DNA of 64,000 bases from Bigelowiella natans CCMP2755 (taxonomy: Eukaryota; Protista; Cercozoa). Shown here piece by piece: positions 11,208-24,423 of this stretch. Position 1 is the first letter of the stretch. The number at the start of each line of letters is the position of its first letter. The notes beneath the pieces are model-generated. The model was not told where the DNA came from. It searched no databases and worked only from the letters and a program-made list of their open reading frames with translations. A program made the translations under genes and the position numbers. The stretch covers positions 155,452-219,451 of the forward strand of contig ADNK01000506.1 of assembly GCA_000320545.1 (NCBI GenBank), read 5' to 3'.

Positions 11208-14200
11208 ATGTTACAGCAGCTAGAAGAACAGCAGGACTTTGGCTCGCAGGCCGTGCAAGGGCACGAGCAGAAACAGGAAAGGAAGGGCGATACGGACGCT
11301 AAGGAAGGAGGAGGAACACCTCCACAGGCACCGCCGGGACCAGCACCCGGGATTAAGAAAGCAGATGCAGCAGCAGAGGCACTGGAGAACTTCTACGAGG
11401 CGGACGACGAGGACGTGGCCGCCGAAAGCAAGAAGGTCGTAATGGCATTACGAGCCTTGCGACCCAGGGCGAGCAACTACGCCAAACTGAAAGTATCGAT
11501 AGAATACAAGTATCAGACACATGATGTTTGGGCAGCTATCATGCAGGACATCATGGATTACGAAGCAGACTTACCTCCAGAGTGGGCAGCTTTGTTTAGG
11601 AACGACGGGGGTCTGGGCGCCTCGCGGGGGACGACCCAGAGCACCGTCAAGCAGCAGCAGCCGGTACAGCGGAACACCCAGTTCATGTCTGTTAAAACAG
11701 CACCGGTTATGATAACGAAATACAACGGGAAAAGAGGTGAGGCAAGGAGGTGGTGGAAGAACGCTAGGAGTATACTCTGCGACTTTACCCCTAACCCCAC
11801 CGAAAACGACAAGCTCAAATGGCTAGCTATAATAAAGCAAGCCATGGACCTTTACGAGACAGGCAGGACCCGGATCAGGCAGCTGGAGAAAATACACACT
11901 ACAGTTAGTGGGCTACGAGACGTTGAGGCGATAATGAAGGCTTTTGTAAATGAACAGGATGCTAACTCCCTACCCCAGGCTATTAGAAAATACAGAGCAA
12001 TGATGCAGCATGAGAGAGAACCTGTTAGAGACTTTGCCACGCGCTTCCAGGATATGATCGACGAACTACATGATTTTAATTACAACACAGGTGATGATCA
12101 GGCAAGGTTTGAAGAGTTCAAGTTAAAGATAAAGGAATCCACTTACGTTACGGAGAAAGGCTACACCACGATGGAGGCAGCAGTGCGGGCTATATCCCTA
12201 CGCGAGCAGGAGCAGGACCGCAAGTTTACCAGCCCTAAGGTACCTGGCATAGGAAACATTAACGCTATTAAGCCGCAGCGAGACTGGTACAAGGACAGGG
12301 AAGGTAACCGACGTTGCGGATACTGCTCACGTAAAGGGAAACACACCGCTAAAGACTGCAGAGACAGGAAAGAAGGACGACCCAGGATGACGATCAGGCA
12401 GCTCAACGAACACTACGAGAAGTTAAAGAGAAAGAAAGGCAGAGGACAAGGATATAACAACAGCAAATGGCAAGGCAGCAACAACGGGAAGAACAATAAA
12501 TATAAGAACAAAAAGCAGAACAGTATCAATGCTATACAGCAGCAGATAAACGGAATATTAGATCACCTTAAGCAGGCGCCGACGAAGACAGCAGTACCAG
12601 CAACGCAGGACCAAGACAAGCCCATGACCCTAGACGACATAAAGAACTTAGGAGTATGCAACATTAATGACGAAGACGCTAACAGGACTATCAAAGTTGC
12701 TATGACCAAGGTTAAAGTTAAAGACAGCTACGGAGACTACAAGAAACTACCTGCCCTTTGGGATAGTGGCAGCATGCCGAAGTCCTTCATAAGCCTAAGC
12801 ACAGTAAGAAGGTTAGGACTATTGGATCAAGTGACTAAGAAAGAACGTAAATATGCTCAAGCAGACGGAAGCTCTTCTATGAAGACCGTCGGTGAGCTAA
12901 TGCTAAAGCTACAGATACCTGGCAGCGACGCGGAGACCCAAATCAAGACCCGAGTAGCCATGACTTTATCCATGGAACTACTCCTCGGACAGGATGCCCT
13001 AGAAAAATTAGGGGGGATCATATCATTCTACAATCACAAGATATACTATGCTAAGTTACCAAAGAAGTCAGGCAGGACCATCAGCCAGAACATGATACGG
13101 CTTGACGAGTGGACCTCTGAGTCAAGCGTTAATGCGTTAGAGTTTATGGACCTAGCGGACAACAAGCTACCTACACCTACCGAGCTACGGAAGAAGAACC
13201 CCGGCAAGACCATCCGACAGATAACGGAGCTACTGGACAAGACCCCCCCAGCTGATGATTGGGATATCGACAAAGGCAAAAAGTACATTAATAAAATATT
13301 AAACGAGAAGTACTCTGACATTACCAAGCCGACGACGAAGCCCTCCAGCAAACTTACCCCAGTAAAGATCGAGCTAAAGGAGGGATACGAAGAGTGCATC
13401 ATCAATGACCCAGAACATAGGCGACCGGAAGCGGACTGGGAAAAGATTGAGTGGCAGATCAATGAATGGGCAAAGGAAGGGAAGATAGAGCCAAGCAACT
13501 CACCATGGAACGTGAGACATGTGCTAGCTAAGAAACCTACTTACCCTTTCTTCCGCCTGGCGCACAACTTCATCCGCCACAACCGAGTAATAAAGAGGAT
13601 CCAGACACCTACACCAAAGATAGATGACGTTATTGAACACGTCATAGGATACAAATACTACTCTTCCCTAGATAAAAATGAATCATACATGCAGACACCC
13701 ATCCACAAAACCTCCCGCCCCATTACCGCGTTCTCCAGCAGGCACAGGAAGTGGCACTTCGTCGTATTCCCTTACGGCCTAAGCATATCAGGGGATGCGT
13801 TCAGTAGTCAGAACTACAGGGCATACACACATGATGGGATGGCGTCTGTGTTGTGGGTGTTTGTGTTTGTGTATGTGGATGATGACATAATATGTACCAA
13901 CACAGTCGTCGCTCAGATCTTCCTCCTGGAAAATATATTTATTAGGTTTGCACACTTCGGTTTTACCATTAGACTGCAGAAGTGTACATTCCTAGCTACA
14001 AGAATCAAGTGGTGTGGATATTACCTGGAGCAAGGCCGCATCACCCCAAACCCCGAGAAAGTAGCAGCACTACAGCAAGCCCCTAAACCTAAGAATGCAA
14101 AGGAGTTAAAGTCATTCTTGCAGACTGCAGCTTGGATACTACGTAGGTTCTCCCCTACCTACGCTAGGACTGCAGCTGCTTTTACTACTGCTTACCGGAA

Positions 14201-16181
14201 GGAGAACTCTGTAGGCCTCAGCTTCGCTAAGGTGTGGGCCAAGGCTGGCCTTGATGCCCACTTCGATAACCTAATAAAGTTATGCAGCAACACCCTATTG
14301 AATGCTAAGCTAGACACTACTAGACCAGCTACCCTATGGACAGACTGGTCTAAGCTAGGTATGGCTGCTGTACTTACCCAAGACCAGCAGATCATACGGG
14401 TGTGGGGCAGGGCCTGTACAGCAGCTGAGGCCAAATACAGCCCTACAAAAGGAGAGTATAAAGCCATGACTGAGGCGCAGAGGAAACTAAGATACTACCT
14501 GCTGTCGGTGCCCAGCTTCACCTTAATGACTGACCACAAGCCCCTCCTAGGCATCGACCGCAAGCTCGAAGCGCCTAACGATGAGTATGCAGCTATGAGG
14601 GCGGACACGGAAGAGTTTAGGGACAAGAGGACAGTGGTCTACGCACCAGGAGACAAGCAGCTTGCTGACTATTTCAGCAGGCTGTTCGAAAAGAAAGTCC
14701 CTACCCAGGTCACCCCTATGGTTAACGCGATTACCTTCGAGGACGGCGACTTCCTGCCTGAGCCAGAGGAGCTCCAGCACCTTCAAGAACACCTGGATAA
14801 ATACAAACACAAGCATGAGGTACTTAGTGATAGGATATATGTATACACTAATAATGTTAGGCGTACCTACGTGCCACGGCGGACCAGGGGAGCCCTTCTC
14901 TTTACCGCCCATGGACCTGCACACGTAGGAGAAAACCATATCACTGCTCTACTCTACCATTACTACTGGCCCTACAAGCTAAAAGAGATAAGGACATACC
15001 TGCGTGGCTGCAGGTGCTCCAGCTTGAAGGCGGCAGGTGTCGCCACCAAGGAGTCCAGCAAGAGCCGTGCATCTAAGAAAATCAAAGCAAGGAACTTCTT
15101 AGATATCGTGCAAATTGATGTTTATAAGTACGATGGCTATCACTACCTTACCTTCGTTGATGTGGCCACTGGAAAGTGCTGGGTTAAAAAGATTATCAAG
15201 GTCAACGTTGCTAAGAAGAACAAAGGCTTATATAAGCAGAGGCTTACTAACTGCTACCGTACCTGGGAGTCTGAGCTCCAGGCTATCCCTGATGAAGTTA
15301 GCATAAACAAGATACCAAAGAAATTACATGTGGATAATGAGACCTCTCTTCTACAGCTACCACACCCTAATATTGATGCCTCACCTGTATACTATGCCCA
15401 GTCCAACTCCAAGGTAGAGCGACTCCACCGCACCTTGGCCAACCTAAGCAGGATAAATAGCACCACACCAGACAAGATACAAGGGTTAGTAAACGACACC
15501 TTCACGTCTGGGGGAGGTATCAAGGATAAGGAGAGGGAAGAAGGCGACGACAACGACGACGATACCGAGAGCGAAGACGAGAAGGTCCCGTACGATGGCC
15601 GAGTTCTAAAGGAAGGACAGTATGTTAGGGCCAAGGTAAATCTGAGATCGAGAAATAAACAAGACCCCTTCTGGGGTGGCGTTGCAAAGGTTACCGAGAG
15701 GAAGGGGAGGAAGCAGTACTACATCTATGATGGGAACAGGGTCACCTTGCGCCACATCAGTCATCTAAAGAATTATGATATCGGTGAGAAGCTCCTAGAG
15801 GATGTTAAAGTAAACCCTACTGTGTGGGAGCGAGCCATGCCTTGTTTAGGACCCCGACCTAAGTTCGATGTGGAATATGGAAACAATAAGGTCAGGGTGA
15901 ACGACGATTGGCGCATGAAGATTGTCTATCTAGGCTACCCTGGATTACGAAATATGGAGAGGGTAGCTATGAAAATAAAGGACGGAAAATATCAGCTACT
16001 CTACCTAGCTGTTCCCGACTTACCCTTTGAGCACTGGTATAAGGTCCTGGGGGACCTTGATGCAGAGGGCTGGTATGGACACGAACCTAAGGACGAAGGT
16101 GAGTTCTGGGTAAGCGACAAAGGAGATAAGGTTAGAGAGGAATCTATTACCTGGTGGTTGGTGAAGTTCCGAAAGCGATAA
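11208..16181 (+). CDS. Gag-Pol polyprotein (1657 aa): Gag, CCHC knuckle, aspartic protease, RT, RNase H, integrase, SH3-like C-terminal domain, extra MTase-like domain
   Basis: CGYCSRKGKHTAKDC knuckle at 12315-12359; ALWDSGS at ~12762; SPWN, FPYGL and YVDD (13872-13883); RNase H WTDWS, TDHKPL and LADYFSR; integrase IVQID, VDNE and SNSKVER. No stops or frameshifts. Confidence 0.97.
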   Translation: MLQQLEEQQDFGSQAVQGHEQKQERKGDTDAKEGGGTPPQAPPGPAPGIKKADAAAEALENFYEADDEDVAAESKKVVMALRALRPRASNYAKLKVSIEYKYQTHDVWAAIMQDIMDYEADLPPEWAALFRNDGGLGASRGTTQSTVKQQQPVQRNTQFMSVKTAPVMITKYNGKRGEARRWWKNARSILCDFTPNPTENDKLKWLAIIKQAMDLYETGRTRIRQLEKIHTTVSGLRDVEAIMKAFVNEQDANSLPQAIRKYRAMMQHEREPVRDFATRFQDMIDELHDFNYNTGDDQARFEEFKLKIKESTYVTEKGYTTMEAAVRAISLREQEQDRKFTSPKVPGIGNINAIKPQRDWYKDREGNRRCGYCSRKGKHTAKDCRDRKEGRPRMTIRQLNEHYEKLKRKKGRGQGYNNSKWQGSNNGKNNKYKNKKQNSINAIQQQINGILDHLKQAPTKTAVPATQDQDKPMTLDDIKNLGVCNINDEDANRTIKVAMTKVKVKDSYGDYKKLPALWDSGSMPKSFISLSTVRRLGLLDQVTKKERKYAQADGSSSMKTVGELMLKLQIPGSDAETQIKTRVAMTLSMELLLGQDALEKLGGIISFYNHKIYYAKLPKKSGRTISQNMIRLDEWTSESSVNALEFMDLADNKLPTPTELRKKNPGKTIRQITELLDKTPPADDWDIDKGKKYINKILNEKYSDITKPTTKPSSKLTPVKIELKEGYEECIINDPEHRRPEADWEKIEWQINEWAKEGKIEPSNSPWNVRHVLAKKPTYPFFRLAHNFIRHNRVIKRIQTPTPKIDDVIEHVIGYKYYSSLDKNESYMQTPIHKTSRPITAFSSRHRKWHFVVFPYGLSISGDAFSSQNYRAYTHDGMASVLWVFVFVYVDDDIICTNTVVAQIFLLENIFIRFAHFGFTIRLQKCTFLATRIKWCGYYLEQGRITPNPEKVAALQQAPKPKNAKELKSFLQTAAWILRRFSPTYARTAAAFTTAYRKENSVGLSFAKVWAKAGLDAHFDNLIKLCSNTLLNAKLDTTRPATLWTDWSKLGMAAVLTQDQQIIRVWGRACTAAEAKYSPTKGEYKAMTEAQRKLRYYLLSVPSFTLMTDHKPLLGIDRKLEAPNDEYAAMRADTEEFRDKRTVVYAPGDKQLADYFSRLFEKKVPTQVTPMVNAITFEDGDFLPEPEELQHLQEHLDKYKHKHEVLSDRIYVYTNNVRRTYVPRRTRGALLFTAHGPAHVGENHITALLYHYYWPYKLKEIRTYLRGCRCSSLKAAGVATKESSKSRASKKIKARNFLDIVQIDVYKYDGYHYLTFVDVATGKCWVKKIIKVNVAKKNKGLYKQRLTNCYRTWESELQAIPDEVSINKIPKKLHVDNETSLLQLPHPNIDASPVYYAQSNSKVERLHRTLANLSRINSTTPDKIQGLVNDTFTSGGGIKDKEREEGDDNDDDTESEDEKVPYDGRVLKEGQYVRAKVNLRSRNKQDPFWGGVAKVTERKGRKQYYIYDGNRVTLRHISHLKNYDIGEKLLEDVKVNPTVWERAMPCLGPRPKFDVEYGNNKVRVNDDWRMKIVYLGYPGLRNMERVAMKIKDGKYQLLYLAVPDLPFEHWYKVLGDLDAEGWYGHEPKDEGEFWVSDKGDKVREESITWWLVKFRKR

Positions 16182-16224
16182 AGGTCTAAGGGAATAAGGA
16201 AGGAAGGAAGGAGCAACGTGACTT

Positions 16225-16232
16225 GGGGGAGG
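16225..16232 (+). promoter_or_regulatory. Polypurine tract
   Basis: GGGGGAGG directly abuts the 3' LTR and is preceded by a purine-rich stretch at 16188-16213. Confidence 0.9.
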
Positions 16233-16557
16233 TGTAGCGCGTACTACTACGCGAGCACAAGTCACGTGCGACAACAAAGGGGTTGTCGCGGATATAGAAT
16301 ATAGATAACGTAGATATTAATACAGTATAGGCACGTGGGTTCCGGCGGGACTCATGGCAGCACACCGGAAGTGTGCTGCCCCACGTGCGGCGGCATTCGC
16401 GAAAGCTTCGCGAATGATTACGCAGTGCACGATTTAATAAAAATATAATCTTTAATAAAAATGAACATAACTCTTCAAAAGGAAGCAAACGTGCCTTCCC
16501 CCCCCCTGCCTACTTGTGCACGTAGCGCCTCGGCCTGTGAACACCTTACGCGCAACA
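16233..16557 (+). repeat. 3' LTR
   Basis: 325 bp, identical to the 5' LTR including the C9 run. Confidence 0.97.
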
Positions 16558-16896
16558 TGCGCTCGATCGGCGGCGATGCGATTGCACGTAGCGCAACATG
16601 CAGACAATAAGGAATCTGTGACGTTACACGTAGTACATGCACGCACACATCATCATCAACATCATCATCATCATCATCATTGCACACAGCTGAATCCATC
16701 TAGCCGTGCAGTTGCATGAATGATTGATTCTGTGCGTGGGTAGGGTATTCGATTCTAGGTACGAAAATAGCAGAATTCAGTCGAAAATAACACTGCGACA
16801 AGGAATACATACTGTCGTCTTCTCAAGTCGTACTGCGGAAACAATTCGAGAGAAGAGAAGCGACGAACGAGCAAAGTACGACGCGGAAGCGATACG

Positions 16897-18068
16897 ATGG
16901 AGGAGGGGAAGGACGACATTTCCTTAATGCGGGGAGAACGAACCCAAGGGTTGGCGTTGGACTTTAAGGACGCCCATATTCCGAAAGCAGTACCACCTGG
17001 CTTGAAATCTAAGCTTGAGTCCCTCTATCGTGATGGTTATGTCGTTCTCAATGATGTTCTGAACACTGATACTCTCACGGAAGTGCGGCTTGCGCTAGCA
17101 CCTTACATTCGGAACGGAAAATGCGCAAAAAAGGGGAGGAATAACTTCGAGGGCCATAAGACGAATCGTGTTTATGGACTACTCGCAAAATCTAGGGTGT
17201 TTGATCAAATTGCAGCTAACAAGAAGGTGCTTGACATTGTCGATTGCATCCTCATAAAGAATTACCTTTTGTCGGCACTTCTTGCTATTGATATACATTC
17301 AGGAGAAACACCACAGGTACAGCAGAATTTGGTTGTAGTAGTAGTAGTAGGAGGAGGAGGAGGAGGAGGAGGAGTAGTAATAATAGTAGGAGGAGGAGGA
17401 GGAGGAGGAGGAGGAGATACAATGCATAACACTCGAATACGATTCTAAAATACATGACCGCTTATCATCAACAATCAATCACACTTGGTAATTTAAGGAG
17501 TGGTCTATCTCATCTGTTGATTTTATCAATTTTCATGCATCAACTTGTAATTTGCCAGCCATTGCATTGCGACGGACAATACGTTGTAAGGAATAGACCG
17601 AGCCCTCCGATGGGCGTGAGCACTATTTGGGCCTTGGGAGAGGATGGCTTTACACCAAAAAATGGCGGAACGATCATCCTGAAAGGCTCCCACCTGTGGG
17701 GCAATCAAATGCCAAAAGAAGACGATGTTGCGAAGCACGGTGTACCACTCGAGATGCCCCCCGGAAGCGTCGTGATATTTTTCGATACGCTCTGGCACTG
17801 TGGCGGGGCAAACGTCACCGACAAACCGAGGCTCGCTATCACAGCGCAGTACTGTCAGCCTTATGTCCGACAGCAAGAAAACATGGTTCTTAGTGTCCCT
17901 CCAAACGTGGTGCAAAACCTAATGAAGAATAATAAGGACGAAAAGTGCCAAAGGCTCGTTAGAATGATAGGCTACTCCATACATCCCCCATTTATTGGAC
18001 ATGTTGACGGCCAACATCCTCTCAAAACTACTGTTGTTACCACAGCGAAACGATGTTCGAAGCTATAG
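16897..18068 (+). CDS. Phytanoyl-CoA dioxygenase (PhyH)-family Fe(II)/2OG dioxygenase, 2 exons (16897-17316, 17559-18068), PTS1 signal
   Basis: RDGYVVL, then GETPQ|PLHCD (HxD motif) across a phase-0 GT-AG intron, WHCGGAN and PRLAIT. C-terminus is SKL. Confidence 0.92.
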
Positions 18069-18391
18069 TATGCTCTAGACTAGTAGAAGATAATTGTCAC
18101 GATGTAACCGATGCACTGTATGCACGCACTAGCGCAATCAAACACATGGTTGTCAACAAAACTCGCAGCCGCATGTATCATAGCCACCATAAGGCGTATG
18201 TAGCCGATGTAAAATGACACAAATGTAGCGCTGTAAAGATTGCATACTGCATACATGTGCATGTACATGATGAAGTTACAGCAATAGCTCTAGATTCAAG
18301 TGTGCCCGCTCATTTGTCGTGAGGCACTCTAGCTAGCTGGCTAGGCTAAGCATTGTATACGTGTAAAAAAAAAGTAGCTTCGTTCAATTGC

Positions 18392-18426
<35 letters not shown>

Positions 18427-19193
18427 TGTGTCAGCGTGCGCGCTCGCAAGACATGCTTATTTTCAATTCTGGAATATCATGAGATTTAGTTACTATATGA
18501 TTAGATAAATCATAATCATTTACACCATATCTAGATTTTATCGAGAAGTACACTCTGTAATGTGTAATCATTCTTCTACCTCCAATTTATTTACATGAGA
18601 TTTTAGACATATCTGAAAATCATTTATTTAAATTGTCAAGTCTTCATAGACTTTTCTTTTTGCAGCTTTCTTTGTAGAAACAATAGAAGGAACATAAATA
18701 TCATAGATGGGTGCCATCATCATTGTTATTAACCCATTTCTTCCTGAAGGCGATTGCTAATGAGCAACGTTTTCTCTATTCGCAACTTTTGATTGTGCAT
18801 CTTTTCACACATATCTCCATCTCCACATGCACGTACACGAACATATATCATATATATAAAAGTGGCTTTTGTATGTCCATGAGTGCGAAAACACAAAATT
18901 TCAATATCTCCATATCTACTGCGTATTTAATTTTCAAGAAAAAAAGGGGAACGAAGAGGAAAGTTCCATCCATCAGAGAGACAGACGGGCTATTAGTCGT
19001 GCACATTAGATCTACAGTCTCATGGCAGGACACTGCGCGGATCAAAGTATCATGATGATGAGATGATGATGATGAAGGGGGACAATCACCCCTGACCTCA
19101 TCTGAAAAACTACCTCCCCCACTTCCTTATAAAATATCTCCTGAACGTTCCGTGTTCTTCTATGATGCCAAGCCTTCTTTTTCCTCTTCCTTA

Positions 19194-20998
19194 TTATCTC
19201 CAGAACTCCATAACGTCTTCAGGAGATTCTCTTTCTTTTAGCACCCGCACCTCCACCCCATCGTCGCTGCACTCGGCCAGTTTTGACCTCTTGCTTATAC
19301 CAAAAACGGGAGGGGCTTGCCTTGAGCAATGCCGGCTCCAGAGTGCAAAGGTGTTAGCGCCACAGTCATGAACAACGATCCAATCACCTTCGTCAAGAGT
19401 AGGTAGCGTCACCTCTCTGCCTATCACATCCCCTGCAAAACACAGTGGCCCCGCGATATCGTAAGTTTTCTCCTGCTTGGCACACTGAGAGAGGGGAGTG
19501 CCGTTGTCAGCGTAAGCAGAGAATCGGTGGCCAAAGTGCTCTGGATCGTAGCATGGACGCACGAACAGATCAGCCCCTGCGTGGGTAATGGCGACAGGCT
19601 TATCCGGATCGCCCCGCATCATGTACTCGACACCAGTAGCCACCCATCCGGCCTTGGCGCACAAACCGCGGCCAAACTCCGTTACAATCTCCACGCCGCC
19701 GCCAAATGCATCGGAGTCAAAAAGTTCAGGAACACGACGCCGCAAGGCCTCTGAGTACTCTTGAAAGGTTGGGCTGATTTCCATGGATTCGTAATTAGTG
19801 GAAAGTCCGCCTCCAATGTCAATTGTGTTTATTCGCTTTCCGCAGCTGCGGTTGATTTTCTCTGCCAAAATGGTCACCGATCTTACACCCTGGGCAAGCT
19901 GATCCACACTCATCCCTTGACTCCCAGTGTGTACATGCAGTCCGCATAGAGCGGGAAACTGGTTGAAAGCTTCAATAACTTCCTCCTGATTGATGATGCC
20001 GAACTTAGAATCGGCCGTGCTCACGGATAGGCTTTCTACAGCCCCTGATCCAACCATGGGATTTAGCCGTACACCAATGCGAGTCGAGGGGTGCACATTC
20101 ACGCTATCATAGGCTCGTCGTACTCGCCCAATTTCCTCCAAAGAGTTGCAGTTTAGCAAAAGGCCACGCTCTAACGCATACTTGATTTCTGGGACAGTTT
20201 TTGCAGGAGAATCGAACACGATTTTGTTCCCTGGACACCCTGCAGCCTCAGCCATCTTGACCTGGAGGTACGTATGTTATTGTAATAACGATTAATTAAC
20301 CATAACAGGATGAGGAAAGGGGGGGGGGGGATGCTGCACATTCCAGAGGTATTGAGACAATGATAATTATACGTGGTTTTGAGGCCTGAGAAAGAGTGGT
20401 ACCTCTAGAAAAGATGCTGCCTCCAAGCCCATTCCGCTTTCTACCATGTCATGAAGGAGGAACTCGAACGGAGCCTTCAATAAAGACGGAACATATTATC
20501 TCAAAGTTGACTCCAACCGATACAAATACAATGATTACTCACTTACCGCTTTGATTGCAAACGTGTGAAGCCAGTTGGGCATACTGGCCTTGAGCTGCAC
20601 TCTCAAGTCTTCCAGCATGTCAAGATCATATACCACCGCAAGAGACTTCCCATCTTTATATAATAAACCAGGGAATTAGGATATCATAAACTGTGAAAGC
20701 GAGACGAAATGATTTGAGACTATGAAGAATGGCTATTACCCTCGTGGTCGAGCTGTCTATTCTGAATCATTTTCTGGAGGGCTTCGGTAATTTTAGACTC
20801 CTCTCCAGTGAATTCGTAATTTTTGGATGATGATTCAACGTTTATCGATGAGGAAAAAGTCGCTCTGGATGCCGTGGTGGTTGTTGCAGCAGCAGCCAAT
20901 TTTCCAGGCCGGAAGCCGAAAGTGAACCTTGTGGAACCTCGAGCCCGCCCACCAGCTCCTATGCGGAGCCAGCCGAGCTGCTTACCTATCCACGACAT
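19194..20998 (-). CDS. Group IV PLP-dependent decarboxylase, diaminopimelate-decarboxylase-like, multi-exon
   Basis: HTFAIK (PLP lysine), GLEAAS, FDSPAKT, SKFG, LHVHTGSQ, IDIGGG, EFGR, GPLCFAGD and HDCGA. Arg/Ala/Thr-rich presequence. Confidence 0.9.
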
Positions 20999-21954
20999 CT
21001 TGAAAAGTGCGTTGCAAGTAGGGGGCTATATGGTGCTTGGAAGGGAGAGCAATTTGGGAGAGGGAGTCTGGTGACAAATGTCTAAGGGGGGGGGAACGGC
21101 GTCTAGTGGCGGCAGTAATTGTTAAAATAAAAATAATACGAGCAGTTTGTGTTGTCGTATGCCAAAAACCCAACCATTTTCGAATACCAAATGCCGGCCG
21201 ATTTCGCAAAAGAAGTGCAACCCACTCTCTAAGAGAACTTCTTTTTATTTCACTTCCTTCAGTTCCAAAAGGGAGCAGTTGTTGTGATGACGCTAGGTGT
21301 AAATGGATGGAATTTGCAGGGAATTATTCACTTGATTTCCTACGTACGACTCCGGAGTAGGATTTCGTACGGAAAGAAAGCGGCAGCTAAAAGAAAGAAA
21401 AGTGTCGCAAAACCATTAATGTACCAAAGCACATAGACTACTCTATTCTTCCATTCCACGCGCCAAAAACTAGCCTCACGTGCGTCATCGAATAATTGAT
21501 GTCGCACTTGTTCGAACCCTATGTAAAAATGTTGAACAGCGATATCTTGTCTATTTTTAGAAAATTCCGTGACAATCTCTACCGGAGACGTAGTCTGAAG
21601 GTTTGATGGAAGTTTCCCGGGTAGAAAAATATCCAATTGGAAGCAAGTTGTAAATCTTTTTCATGCAGAAAGCATCATTAGGTGATTTATTTCTCGTATT
21701 TTATTGCCAAAACTTCTTGGGAAAAAGTGTTTCTTCCTGAGCACAACCCCGATCCCAATTCCGAGTCAGACACGCACTTTCGTAGCTCCGGCACAGACGC
21801 GAACCGAGTCAGTACTTTCTCACGTTCAGCTCTTTGAAGCACTGTGCTCCTATCACCCGTGAGAAGGAAACTTCAACCATGACCACTTGTTTACTTTTTC
21901 ATTCTCGTAGCATCTTTTTAGAAATTCACTTCAATATTATTAATAAGGGACATC

Positions 21955-24423
<2,469 letters not shown>

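Larger units (their letters stand above)
10844..16557 (+). mobile_element. Full-length Ty3/gypsy LTR retrotransposon (5714 bp)
   Basis: Two identical 325-bp LTRs (TG...CA), 4-bp TSD TGCG at 10840-10843 and 16558-16561, PBS-like and PPT sites, and a single gag-pol ORF in PR-RT-RH-IN order. Confidence 0.97.

Noticed and set aside
15600-16181. Chromodomain or env gene after the integrase
   Set aside because: No chromodomain Y.VKW.G pattern, no signal peptide or TM segment, and no separate ORF before the PPT.
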